A DNA stretch of 64,000 nt. Source: Neophaeotheca triangularis (taxonomy: Eukaryota). The DNA lies in NCBI GenBank assembly GCA_054600435.1, contig BAAIJX010000002.1:248001-312000 (forward strand). Direction: 5' to 3'. The position numbers and the translations under genes were made by a program. The notes beneath the pieces were generated by a model, which saw only the letters and a program-made list of their open reading frames with translations, did not search any database and had not been told where the DNA came from. Positions 45,198 through 56,350 of the stretch are shown here, piece after piece (position 1 is the stretch's first letter; every line of letters begins with the position of its first letter).

Positions 45198-47305
45198 TGC
45201 TGCTGGCGCCCTTGACCGACTATGCGCAAGATGCCAGGTGTATGCGTGTCGTAGCGTGCGGTGTGCGAGCAACCCCATGCAAGTCTAGCGTGCAATCTGG
45301 CGTAGCTGAAGTTCTACGGACACGTGCAGAGCGATATATGTGGCAAGCCTGTTGGTTTGGTAGGCCAATCGCGATTAGAGCAGAAAGCAGTTCGCCCGAT
45401 ACTATGAGGTGACGTCGATGTCGCAGATGTATGTAAACGAATTATTGATCGAGCTCGATTCTTGTTGATTAGAAGGGGGGTCTGAGTTCGGCTAGTCGAT
45501 CACTGGATCAGAGTACACCACGTAGGCTTCTTGTCTCGCCTGCAATGGAACCTTGGGAGCCTGCACCACTTGCTTGCGTGCCTTCTTGAGTCTGCTGAAG
45601 GGTCTGGAGCTCAGATCGGGAGTTCAGCGCCGAATGGCAGTGCCTTGAAAGCAGATAATGCACGTTTTGCTGGCCTCCGTAAGAAACTCAAGTAAGCAAT
45701 CCGCCAAAGGTCGAGATACGATATAAAACAAAAAGAGACCACCGATTGTGATTGCAAAGATGCGCAGACGAGCGGCCATACTTACTCGAGGGCGCCACGG
45801 CCTCTTTGTAACCATGTCTGAGAAGTGATGGCGCAATGCCAACGGTAGCCGCGAAGCGCGGTCGCGTTTCGTTTGATATAATGGGGGAATGGGGACGGCG
45901 TAATACGGGGAGACACCTGATCTTGCTCCGCACCCGCCTTCCAGACATGCCGGTCATAGCCAGCCTTCACAGCCGGTTTCGGGATCCGGCGAGGAATCTG
46001 CGGTTGGATATCTGAGCGGTTCAGAGCTTGAGCAATACCAGGCGGGCGGCTTCGTCTGCACTAGGGTGCGGCAGGTCTATGGACCCTGCGCGCGCTGCTT
46101 GCGCAAGAGGCCAGCATAGAGTTGCAGCTGTCCTAAATGTAGTGATGTGCTGCAGTGCCTTCGATGATAGCCACGAGACGGGTGTGGCCGTGGTGTCTTT
46201 TTCTCTTGTATGCCAACTCTGCCTCGCTCACGGTATCATCTTCCTCAGCGAGTAGGAAATACTTCAGCTATTGAGGCAAGACCATCGCAATCGCTAAGTT
46301 GGCGGGGCCGTTCTCTGCCATCGGTGCTGGATGTCGTTGTTGGCTTGGCAAGTGGCGTTGGACGTTACGGGAGCTTGCATGATCGAACCTGTCACCCAAC
46401 GGTGTCACGCATGTTGCCGTGAAGCTGTCATCAAAGCTTGACCGAGCTGTTCGTCAAGCGTTTCCCGTGATGAAAGGCTCTTGCTTTGCACCGATGTTAT
46501 ACTGAAGGCTTTGGAAGTTGTAATCTGGAGACACCTACAAGGATGCAGACTGGCAGGGCAGCGTGTTATGGTCACCAATGACCACTCGAAACGACGAAGA
46601 TCCGAGGCCTCTCAAGCACACTTTTCCTCATAACCAGGTAACGTGACTGCAGCTACCCGGTGGGAAAACAGTAGGCAATGGTTCCTGAAGGACCGATACG
46701 TCGAGCTTTGTCCTCACATCTACCTAACGTCTAGACTTGTCGAATCGGAGAGTATACCGAGCCGGCGGCTCTTTCTCTGTTGCTATGTCTCGCATTCAAA
46801 CCACGTCGGCGCTTGGCAGGTACCGTGCTCGATGCGATAGGCATCTATCATAGCAAAGCTACGGCGACTAGAAGTCCCAGGACGCGGTCAGAGGTGTATG
46901 ACCTCACTGTCGAGTGCAATATCAGCCAGGAAGATGGACGGAAAACTGGTGTTCATCACGTATCCACAACATCCCCAACATCCAGCCAGGTCGGTCACTT
47001 TTTGGGTAGCTCGCGCCTCTTGAGAGGTGTCTGATTCCTTTGCACGTTGGCAGTGTTTCGCTGCAGAATGCATGGCATTGCAGGTACTCTGCTTGAATGG
47101 TTTGGTTCGGTTCGCTGGTCCGATCTGCAGGAGAAAGGCTCTCGACATCCTGCTGTTGCACAAACACTCGAGCCGCGCTTCCGCGGCGGATAGTCGCGCA
47201 TCCGGTATATTGATGCAGAACGGCTAGGGGCCAGGACCTTCCAGAGCGTTTTGGACAGGAGCTCGGCTTACTTGTCGCGATCAAAAGTCTTTTCGCAGAC
47301 CACGC

Positions 47306-47947
47306 TCAAGATAAGCACTCGGCCTCAACGTGATGAGATACAGCGACCTCATCGCCTTCGAATTTGCCACAAATTGGGCACTTCACGGTTGCAACCGATG
47401 ACTCTACTCGCTGATCTGCGTCCCCTCCAACGATTGGTGAATCTGGGGGGAGAAAATCCGCCAGACTCCTCGGTGGCGGCCCTTCAGGAAATTCCCCATC
47501 AAGCCTTGCGTCTCGCGACGCAAACTGAGCGGGTCTTGCGGAAGTAGCAGCTGCGTTTTGCACATGCGACATTGCAGCTATAGCAGAGGTAACAGTGCTT
47601 CCCGACGACATCCTCTGCACCCTACCCACACGGCCATCTTGCAAGCGTACTTTAATTCCTCTAGGGTGGTTGCCACGGGTCAATAGATCCTTGACATAGC
47701 CCTGCACTTCGTTGCCAGTCGGTTGGTCTTCCTTGAGTACTATTGAGACAGCGGCTCCCGGTATCACTTGTTGAGTCGTTGGTAGATTTGGTGTATATTG
47801 CTGTTTCCTTGGGCGGTTATTGCCGCGAGGAGCACGATTCTGTCGGTTGTTTGGACGGCTCATTGCTGTCCTTGAGTTGGAGAGGCGCCGACTTGTTGGA
47901 CGAAAGAGTAAATTTGTGCGCGTTCGCTGGAGTATTCGACTCAGCAT
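47306..47947 (-). CDS. YwbE/DUF2196 domain + C-terminal UBZ-type zinc finger protein
   Basis: VSIVLKEDQPTG..G.VKDLLT..NHPRGIKVRLQDGRVGRVQ (YwbE signature) and CPIC-x10-SHHVEAEC zinc finger. Confidence 0.88.
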   Translation of the reverse strand: MLSRILQRTRTNLLFRPTSRRLSNSRTAMSRPNNRQNRAPRGNNRPRKQQYTPNLPTTQQVIPGAAVSIVLKEDQPTGNEVQGYVKDLLTRGNHPRGIKVRLQDGRVGRVQRMSSGSTVTSAIAAMSHVQNAAATSARPAQFASRDARLDGEFPEGPPPRSLADFLPPDSPIVGGDADQRVESSVATVKCPICGKFEGDEVAVSHHVEAECLS

Positions 47948-48181
47948 ACAAGTGAGTTGTTGTAGTATTTGAGTAGTAATGACTCTGTCCGAGTGAAAGC
48001 AGCATCAGAAATATCCGACTAAGGGTTGCTTGAAGCGTCAGGCATCAAGGCAGCCACGCATCGCGCTAGCGTCTGGCAGTCACAAGATTTGCCCATGTCC
48101 AGGTTCACCTTCACCCTTCAAGTTGGCCGTTTTCTTTTCCAGCTCCATATTACTCGTCCACAGTCGACAAGCACGACGGCA

Positions 48182-50920
48182 ATGGCCACGGTACAGTCTA
48201 CAGTACGGTTGCCAACGCCGCAACCCGGCGATCCAGATCCATCGGCGCCAAACGCGACAGAGGAAGCAGAAGTCAGCTCGCGAAAGCGCTCAGCAACATC
48301 TCGTTCGCCTTCACCGCGTCGCGAAGCTCCTCCACTTCGTCGTCGACCCAGCTCGCGCTCGCGCTCCCCACTTCGCCGAAACGGTCCACTGCCACGCGAT
48401 GTCGACAGATCAAGGGCTGTTGAGCGAGCCAGGCAGCTTGAGATGCGCCAGCGTGAAGAAGCACCGAAGAAAGAGATGACGGCGGAGGAGAAGCAGGAGG
48501 CAGCAAAGGCTGAGCTTGCGAAGCTGTCCGCTATGCGCACCGGCGGCACCTACATTCCCCCCGCCAAGATGAGGGCACTCCAAGCTCAAATCACAGACAA
48601 AACTTCTCCAGAGTATCAACGCATGACCTGGGATGCGCTGAAGAAGTCACTCAATGGTCTCGTCAACAAAGTCAACACGGCAAATATCAAGCATATTGTA
48701 CCCGAGCTGTTCAGAGAGAACCTCATACGCGGTCGCGGTTTGTTCTGCAAGAGTATGATGAGGGCGCAATCAGCAAGTCTATCGTACACCCCGATCTACG
48801 CTGCTATGGCTGCGGTGGTCAACACAAAGCTACCTTCCGTCGTCGAGCTGTTGGTGCACCGCCTGGTCCTTCAATTCCGAAAGTCGAAGAGAAGAAACGA
48901 CAAGAAGGTTTGTGTGAGCAGCACGACGTTCATAGCTCACCTTGTAAATCAACAAGTTGTGCACGAGATGCTTGCAGCGCAAATATTGCTTGTGCTTCTC
49001 AATAACGCGACTGATGACAGCGTGGAGATTGCGGTCGCCTTGACCAAGGAAGTCGGTGCCCACCTGGAGGAGATGAATTCTCAGATTGCGCTTGCGGTTT
49101 TTGAGCAGTTCAGGAATATACTCCATGAAGGGGACATTGAGAAGAGGTCTCAGTACATGATCGAGGTGCTATTCCAGATTCGCAAGGAGAAGTACAAAGA
49201 TCACCAGGGGGTGAAGGACGAGCTTGATCTCGTGGAAGAGGAGGACCAAATCACTCATAACACGAATCTTGAAGATGATCTCAACGCCGAAACTGGCCTG
49301 GATGTATTCAAGTTTGACCCAGAATATGAGCCGAACGAGGAGGCATACGCCAAGGTGAGGGCAGAGATTCTGGGTGAAGGGGAGGACAGCGAGGACGAGA
49401 GCGGGGAGGAAGATGAGGACGAGAGTAGCGAAGAGGGCGAGGAAGCGGCGGAAGAACGGGCTATGGAGATCAAAGACCAAACCAACACTGACCTGGTCAA
49501 CCTCCGCCGTACGATCTATCTCAAAATCATGTCATCTGGCCAGTTCGAGGAGTGCGTGCATAAGCTCATGCACCTCGATCTTCCAGCGGGGCGCGAATCT
49601 GAGCTGCCCAACATGATCATCGAGTGTGCGTCTCAGGAGCGCACATACAACAAGTTCTATGGCAACGTCGGCGAACGCTTCTGCAAGCTCAATAGGCTGT
49701 GGAGGGAGCTGTTTGAGGAGCAATTTGCCATCTACTATGACACCATCCATCGCTACGAAACGAATCGTTTGCGAATCATCGCGCAATTCATGGGGCACCT
49801 GCTCTCGAACGATGGAATCAGGTGGGACGTTCTGCGCCATGTCAAAATCAACGAGGAAGACACCACGTCTTCTTCGCGCATTTTCATCAAGATCCTCTTC
49901 GAAGAGATAGTGATGGAGATGAGCATGAAGCGGCTCACGGACCGCCTAAAGGACGACGAACTTCAACCAGCCTTGACTGGCATGTTTCCTACCGACAACC
50001 CAAAGAACACGCGCTTCAGCATCAACTATTTTACCTCCATCAACATGGGTGTGCTTACCGAAGGCATGCGGGAGTGGCTGGCAAACAGACCCCCTCCTGC
50101 TCCAGTTGCTCTCCCAGCTGCTCGCAGCCCAAGCAGAAGCGAAAGCGTCTCGAGCTACAGCAGCTACAGCAGCTACTCAGACTCCAGATCCCCGCCACCC
50201 AAGGGTCGCAACACACGTGGCAGGAGCAACAGCCGATCTCGAACACCACCTCGTAGAGGAAGAGGTCGTTCCGAGTCGTACTCGCGCTCACCCTCACGCA
50301 ACGGCAAGCGCAGAGCAATGTCCGACTCCCTCTCACGCAGTCCTCCCCGCCGCCGTGGCAGGTCTGCATCCTACGAGTCTCGCTCCCGTTCTCGCTCACC
50401 CCCTCTACGCCGTCGCCGCAACAGCAGCAGCGATGACTCCCGGCCTCCGCCCCGCAAGCGCGGCTACTCGTCCTCACGCTCACGCACACCTCCACGGCGC
50501 AGCCGTCCCAGTGGCCGCGATCGCTCCCTCTCAGCAGGCGGCAAGCGCGGTAAGGGCAGATCGCCCACTCCCTCGGACGTTTCTCCCTCCCCATCGCCAG
50601 CCAGACGCGGCAGAGGCGCCTCGAGGCGTGCCGGAAGTCCGTCTCACTCGGCCTCGCCATCTCGTTCGCGTTCGCGTTCGCCGCCACGTCGTAGCGCTGC
50701 TGCCCCGCCAAAGAGGGGCCGTAGGAACACGAGCAGTCCTGAAGCTTCCAGGTCGAGATCCCCGCCGCCGAAGAAGACGAGCAAGTTTGATCAACGGCCT
50801 GCTGAGGCTAAAGCAGAATCGACGAAGGCTTCGAAGGGTGGGGAGGACCTCAGTCACATTCACCCGAGCAGGCGCGGTTTAATGGGCAATGCGAGGCCCA
50901 AGGCGAGTGATTTCATGTAA
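48182..50920 (+). CDS. CWC22: Pre-mRNA splicing factor Cwc22 (MIF4G + MA3, RS-rich tail)
   Basis: TGGTYIPPAK, YQRMTWDALKKS, ENLIRGRGL, DDSVEIA, EDTTSSSRIFIKILF, KNTRFSINYFTSI and a long RS domain. Confidence 0.97.
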   Translation: MATVQSTVRLPTPQPGDPDPSAPNATEEAEVSSRKRSATSRSPSPRREAPPLRRRPSSRSRSPLRRNGPLPRDVDRSRAVERARQLEMRQREEAPKKEMTAEEKQEAAKAELAKLSAMRTGGTYIPPAKMRALQAQITDKTSPEYQRMTWDALKKSLNGLVNKVNTANIKHIVPELFRENLIRGRGLFCKSMMRAQSASLSYTPIYAAMAAVVNTKLPSVVELLVHRLVLQFRKSKRRNDKKVCVSSTTFIAHLVNQQVVHEMLAAQILLVLLNNATDDSVEIAVALTKEVGAHLEEMNSQIALAVFEQFRNILHEGDIEKRSQYMIEVLFQIRKEKYKDHQGVKDELDLVEEEDQITHNTNLEDDLNAETGLDVFKFDPEYEPNEEAYAKVRAEILGEGEDSEDESGEEDEDESSEEGEEAAEERAMEIKDQTNTDLVNLRRTIYLKIMSSGQFEECVHKLMHLDLPAGRESELPNMIIECASQERTYNKFYGNVGERFCKLNRLWRELFEEQFAIYYDTIHRYETNRLRIIAQFMGHLLSNDGIRWDVLRHVKINEEDTTSSSRIFIKILFEEIVMEMSMKRLTDRLKDDELQPALTGMFPTDNPKNTRFSINYFTSINMGVLTEGMREWLANRPPPAPVALPAARSPSRSESVSSYSSYSSYSDSRSPPPKGRNTRGRSNSRSRTPPRRGRGRSESYSRSPSRNGKRRAMSDSLSRSPPRRRGRSASYESRSRSRSPPLRRRRNSSSDDSRPPPRKRGYSSSRSRTPPRRSRPSGRDRSLSAGGKRGKGRSPTPSDVSPSPSPARRGRGASRRAGSPSHSASPSRSRSRSPPRRSAAAPPKRGRRNTSSPEASRSRSPPPKKTSKFDQRPAEAKAESTKASKGGEDLSHIHPSRRGLMGNARPKASDFM

Positions 50921-51076
50921 ACAAAGGAAAAGTCTCAATAAGAGGCTTAACGGCCAAAGACAGAAAGCGACTTGGTGAGGCAGTAGTGCAGCGACAGCAT
51001 TACACGCGAAAAGCGAGTCTATGCAACGCCCACCCTAGCTAGTGTAGAAACGTAAACCAACAAAATGCACCCATTA

Positions 51077-52362
51077 CTACCACCACTTCTCACACAACAC
51101 CCTTTCCTCACTCATGCCCTCCTGCCGCCTCAAAACCCCAACAAACTCATCCGTCATCCCCGGCGGCCCACAAACATACGCCACCGTCCCCTTCCTACCC
51201 TCCGCCCCGCCCCCTCCATTCCCATCCAAAGCCTCCACCAGATCCCCCTCCCCGATCCGCCTCGCCACAGTCCGCACCGGCTGCCGCAGCCCCCCCTCCC
51301 CCTCCTCAGCCCAACCAGAACAACCCTTGGTCAAAAAGAGCCGGAGACTGACATTAGCTTTCCCCGCGCCCTCCGTACCGGGGCTCTCCTCCGCCGCCCT
51401 CCGCACCAATCCCATCAAACGCTCATAAAAAAGAACCTCCGAGACCGATCCCGAACCCGGCAGTCGCGTCGTGTACAAGACATGAACCTCCTTCGGTCGC
51501 GAGTGAGCCGGGGTCCGCGAGAGAAGGTGGGTAGCGATGGAGACCAGAGGGCTAAAATCCTTTGTTAGCTCTTAGTGCCCCCCGGTGAGTGGTTCTTGGC
51601 CACAGCCTAGCGTGTTGTCGAGCTCGATTCGCGAAGAATGACGAAAGAAGGAAAGAAAGAAAGAAAGAAAGAAAGAAAAGAAAAAAGAGCTACTGGAACT
51701 CACTTCACCCCCACCCCCCCAGCCACGAGAACAAGCCTCTCGACCCCGCCGACCTCGACCCCGGGTGGCGGCCAAGCGAAACTCCCCCCGACGCGCACCG
51801 CGAGCTGGGATTGCAGGATGTGGTGCGAGGGTTTCCAGAACCATTGGGCGGGCGGGTTGGTGCTTTTCTGGACCGCGAGTTCCAGGTGGCTTGAAGGCGG
51901 TTGGGCGTCCGAGGGCGTCGAGGTTAGCGTGAAGCCGCCTGCTTGGCTGAGGTTGGGGATGAAGGTGTCGAGCCATTGGCCTGGGAGGAACTGGGGGGTG
52001 GGGGGGGAGTTTTAGCTTGGTGGTGGTGTTGTTCAAGCCGTTGCGATGGGGGGGTTGGTGGAGGAGGAGGGGGGGTGTTTTGTGGGTATGGAGTTGGGGC
52101 AGTGCGGGAGGGGACGACCGACTTTGATGGTGTGGTTGGGGTCGACAGGCGTCAGTTTCAGCAGTCTGATGTTCTCGTTGACTTGGTCTATTTTCGACAA
52201 TATCACGGGCTCGATCCTGTTCTCGCGTGGCTCTGTGCTGGTCCTTTCGGTGTGAGGGATCGAGTTGTTGACGGTAGCCATCGTTCTAGTATGAAAAGGT
52301 GTCGCGCGAGCACTCGCCGCGCAAGATCTGATTGGAAACGTTTTGATAGTGTTTAGTAGCAT
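51077..52362 (-). CDS. FNR-family oxidoreductase, OXNAD1-like; exons 52362-52123, 51990-51704, 51551-51077
   Basis: FLPGQWLDTF, AGGFTLTSTP, LELAVQKS.NPPA, VRVGGSF, LVAGGVGVNPL, YVCGPP and C-terminal CEKWW. Presequence-like N-terminus. Confidence 0.9.
51651..51678 (+). repeat. (GAAA)7 microsatellite inside the second intron of the oxidoreductase
   Basis: Read directly. Confidence 0.9.
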
Positions 52363-52930
52363 CGAATGTATCGTGGGGGTTTTGTAGTTGATACACTCGA
52401 GATGGTTGTGGATGGTTGACGTTGTCGATGGCTTAATGCACGGACCAGGTGGTTGAAGTATGTAATGTTAGACATGAACCACTATCATTTTACAGTGAGG
52501 GAGTCAGGAACGGTCAGTGGCTCTGAGTGGGGTATCATTTGAGTTTATATATGTTGCTGCGTTAGTCGGAACATGCCAACTGCCAACAGCCGCCTTCCAG
52601 GTTTCTCTTATTTTGCTCTCTTCGAATCTCACCGTCTTCTGTCTGGTTCAGAACGCTTCCTCGATGCGTACAAGCATACCACCGCATGTCTATGATGGAA
52701 GTTTCTTATTCCGCCATTTGCTGCGTCGCCAGAGAAGGGTGTCGGTCAGAAGCTTGGCGACCTTGCTCCCGTTCCACAGCGTCTGCACGGCATCCTCTCG
52801 AATCGTCCTTAGCCTGTGCGGTCCATCGCCACCGTACCAGAAGTCAACCCTGGAATGTGGGAATGTGGGTACGGTCGCCGGTCATGGAGCACTCTCCGAT
52901 CACAATCCATCTCGAAACTTCGACTCAATT

Positions 52931-54862
52931 TCACCCGGCGCCCTCAAACTTCCTTCGCCCCTCCATGGGCTGGTAACCATCCATCTGACTGATATCAAAA
53001 GACGGCAAGCCCGATGCAGACGAGTTCAAATCGGCAAAGTCAAGCTCAGTATTGACAGGGAAAGGTCCGGCGGAAGTAGGGCCAGGGCGCTTCTGGTCAA
53101 ATTCTCCAAAGCCACCGAAATACCCGGCGGGGCCGGCAGCAGTCAGGTTCGGGCTGTCGAATGGCGATGAAGTGCCGCTGTTGGGATTGCTGCTGTGACT
53201 TTGGCTATGGCTGTCGTAGAGTTCGTCGAAGCGCGAATTGCTGGCGGGCATGCCAAGGGGGAAATTGGGAGAAGCGCCCATCGAGGGCACGGCGTCGTTG
53301 ACTTTGCTGAGTAGCAGGGGCAGGTAGCGCTGTTGGCCACCTCGCAGGGTTGAGATGAGGTTCATGAGCTGGTTTAGGCAGTCGCGCGGTCCGTACTCAA
53401 AGGTGTGTTGCGGGAATGGGACGCATGACATAACGTCTGTAAGCGTGCAGGCGACGTCGAACAGCTTTTCGATCTGCGCGTTTCTTGTTAGACAGGGGAC
53501 CTGGTAATAGAGAGAGATGGGTAAACCTACCAAGCCAATGCCATGAACTTCCATTGCTTGCTTGGAGAATCCGCTCGTGACACTGGCCAGATCGCGAGAT
53601 AATTCCAGAGGGAATGTGAAGCTCATGGCATTGTCCGAGGCAGCCGTTGACAACAGTCCGTAGTTCATGGATAGCTGCCAGACCATGGTCTTCAGCCATT
53701 GCTGAGAGCAGCGCAGATCGACAGCTTGGCTTTCCGTGCTTTCCAGATAGGATGGTAATGCGTCTGACAGCTGCTGTTGTAAACTAGCGAGCCAATCGGT
53801 GTTGCAGCCCTTCTGAGCTTGGTTCCACAGACCAACGAAGGAATCGTCGAATGGCCGGAACAAGGTCACCAGGTGAATGAAACCATTCAACTCCACCGTC
53901 TCGGCCGGATCCTCTTGTAAGGTGGGCAGGTTTATGGTGGCGTAGAGTGTCAGGGGTTTGTGTTGTTGTAGCGCATAGGCTCGTTCTGTGACGAACAGCA
54001 ACCAATAGAGCCTCCGCTTCCTCGAACTTTCGACTATGTCCAAGATCTGATAGGAACGCTCTTCGTGCATACCCATGATTTGCGCAAGGGTCGTAGCTTC
54101 CCGTAGGTGGAACCATGCCGTGTTGTGCCTGTCAAGGCAGAAATACGAGCCGAACAGGAAGAAAGAGGTGATGACGGACCAGACAGTGGGGTTGTCGATG
54201 TAGTTGTAAGCTCTCCGTATTCTGACGCATTCCTGTAAAAGGAGGTGGCCCATGTGGAGGCTCGACTGCGGTTGCACATCAACGTTCAGGAAAGCATCGT
54301 GTGGCAACACCATATTCGGTTGTATCATCATGTAGGCGCAAAGTGATACGACGAGGCAATATGCTTCAACATTATTGTCCATCTGGCCAATGGTCTCGCC
54401 AACTTTTTGGCGATGAAGGATCGGCTGCGTAGGGTACATGTTGGCGAAGAAAAAGTCGACGCAAGTGGTGATCATCTCCATGGACAATAGGCCGGCACCA
54501 CGGTGCAATCCCGGCGAATGAGGCGGGCTTTCGAACTCGAGACCATGCTGTCTTTGGCTAGCTATTTGCGCCTGCCGTTGGTTTTCTCGTAGCTCGGAGA
54601 TGATCTTCGCTCTGCTTCCCTTGGGACCTTTCTTTTGGGGGATGGCGTTGTAGGTGCAAGTCAACCCGGCCGATGCGCAATTCTTGCATGGCCTGGTCCC
54701 ATCTCCGATGCACTTGACCTTGCGTCGGTGGCAAGCGTCACAGGCACGCTTGACGGGCGTGGTAGTGGGCGTGGAAGAAGTGTCCGACATGGTGCTTGAT
54801 CGCGGTATACTCCTGGGAGGCAGCAAAGCCTGGAGGGAATGAGTTTGCGGTGAGGCCAACAT
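52931..54862 (-). CDS. Zn(II)2Cys6 transcription factor, COL-26/BglR/ART1 (AmyR/MalR-related) type; intron 53530-53474
   Basis: RACDACHRRKVKC..PCKNC..CTYNAIPQKKGPKGSRAK binuclear cluster, fungal TF middle homology region (AWFHLREA, LYWLLFVTERAYAL) and MEVHGIGL|IEKLFDVACTLTD. Start is at Met 54862 or 54790. Confidence 0.9.
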   Translation of the reverse strand: MLASPQTHSLQALLPPRSIPRSSTMSDTSSTPTTTPVKRACDACHRRKVKCIGDGTRPCKNCASAGLTCTYNAIPQKKGPKGSRAKIISELRENQRQAQIASQRQHGLEFESPPHSPGLHRGAGLLSMEMITTCVDFFFANMYPTQPILHRQKVGETIGQMDNNVEAYCLVVSLCAYMMIQPNMVLPHDAFLNVDVQPQSSLHMGHLLLQECVRIRRAYNYIDNPTVWSVITSFFLFGSYFCLDRHNTAWFHLREATTLAQIMGMHEERSYQILDIVESSRKRRLYWLLFVTERAYALQQHKPLTLYATINLPTLQEDPAETVELNGFIHLVTLFRPFDDSFVGLWNQAQKGCNTDWLASLQQQLSDALPSYLESTESQAVDLRCSQQWLKTMVWQLSMNYGLLSTAASDNAMSFTFPLELSRDLASVTSGFSKQAMEVHGIGLVGLPISLYYQVPCLTRNAQIEKLFDVACTLTDVMSCVPFPQHTFEYGPRDCLNQLMNLISTLRGGQQRYLPLLLSKVNDAVPSMGASPNFPLGMPASNSRFDELYDSHSQSHSSNPNSGTSSPFDSPNLTAAGPAGYFGGFGEFDQKRPGPTSAGPFPVNTELDFADLNSSASGLPSFDISQMDGYQPMEGRRKFEGAG

Positions 54863-55130
54863 CAGGTAGGAAGAGTGGTGAGAGTCCGTGCGATGTAATG
54901 ATGTGCAGTCGGAAGGCAACCTCCCACCACACCGGGAAGGTTTGACTTGGCAAGTGCTCAGTAATCGAGGCGATAAGACAAGCCAAAAGTGGCGTACAAG
55001 GAGACTAGAAGGGTCGGCAACTTGCAAGGGGGGTGCAGTATGGGTGGGTGGGTGAGTACGACGAAAATGACGGCAGCAGTAACGATGAAAAGTGTAACGA
55101 AGGAAAGATTGATAGTATGAAGTGTAGTAA

Positions 55131-55170
55131 GTAGGTGGTAGGTGGTAGGTGGTAGGTGGTAGGTGGTAGG
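55131..55170 (+). repeat. (GTAGGTG)~5.7 tandem repeat
   Basis: Read directly; upstream of the Zn2Cys6 gene. Confidence 0.9.
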
Positions 55171-55275
55171 TAGTCTTGTCGGACTCGGAACCTTTGGTGG
55201 CTGCAGGATACGATACGATACTTTCACCGTCGACAGCGGCGAGGAAGGTACGGTCGGTACCTACCGCAACGTACC

Positions 55276-55315
55276 TACCTTACCTTACCTTACCTTACCT
55301 TACCTTACCTTACCT
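55276..55315 (+). repeat. (TACCT)8 tandem repeat
   Basis: Read directly. Confidence 0.9.
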
Positions 55316-56147
55316 CTAGCTAACTTAGCTTGAACGTGTTGCGCGCATGGAAAGGAAGACAGGCATGATGATGGACGCATGGAAGAAGCGTGCCGTCCCA
55401 ACAAAGACCCACAGACAGCGCGATGCAGCCAGTCAGGGCATCAGAAGGGGACGCGTTTTGTGCTTTGAATCGACTGACCAAAGTCTGCTTAGCGATTGAA
55501 ATTTTTTCAACAGGTTGTCGTAAGAAGACAGACAGCGCGAAGGGGCGAGCGGTCGACGGGTACGTCAACTGATGTCGTTGCAGCTGGATCACCTCACCTC
55601 ACCCGGACCTCATCGCATCGCACGGCCCACGGGAATTGGAAGATGCTGAGGCCTGGTGGGGCGGCGGCCCGCTTGTTCGTTGCATCTTCTAGCGTCGAAC
55701 GTGTGCCGTCGTGAGTGATTTCCATTCCAGTCGGACCAATGAGAGATGAGCGTTGAAGATTGCCCTTTGAACTTTCCCTCTCAAGGCGGTATTTGAAGGC
55801 GAAGCACAGTCGGCTTGGCAGCATCGATTGCTGCAAACATCGGCCCTTTTTTGTTTTTTCTTTCTTTGCTCCGTCTCTCGCCCAAAGCACCAGCCAGCCA
55901 GCCAGCCAGCACTAACACACGAGCACCGCCATTGCTCGGGTTCCGCCGCGTTTGTCGTAGTTGATCACGGCAAGTCACTATCAAGGTCAGGCATCATCGT
56001 ATCGTGTTGCTCAGCAGCTTCCAAGCTTGTCGAGAACAGACGGCAGACGTGACAGGACCAACAGACCAGGTAGATAGGCTGACCCATTCATCTGCTCCGT
56101 ATGGTCCGATAGCGATTCCTGGCACTGACAAAGACAGCAGTCGACTA

Positions 56148-56350
56148 GCAATAGCAATGGCAATGGCAATTGCAATAGCAATACTCTAGACCACGCGTTG
56201 TTGCGGCGCAGCGGCATAGGTACTAGTAAGCCGCTCCCAACATGGGCGTGCTCAGCTTTGCAATTATTGTCCGTGGTGGTGGTGGTGGTGGTGGTGGGGA
56301 GAGTCGTCTCATCATCTCGTCGTCTCATCGTCTCATCGTCTCATCGTCTC
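56148..56350 (+). repeat. Cluster of simple repeats: (GCAATR)n, (GGT)n and (TCATCGTC)n
   Basis: Read directly at about 56148-56183, 56273-56297 and 56310-56350. Confidence 0.8.

Noticed and set aside
12331..50920. PRP17 and CWC22 as a splicing gene cluster
   Set aside because: They are over 30 kb apart with unrelated genes between; no evidence of clustering.
7079..54862. Sip1 galactosidase and the COL-26-like factor as a sugar-utilisation cluster
   Set aside because: They are far apart, no transporter is present, and I saw no clear CGG-N8-CGG/AGG site in the Sip1 promoter.
55131..56350. Tandem repeats as a CRISPR-like array or telomere remnant
   Set aside because: Simple microsatellites without unique spacers, and not TTAGGG.
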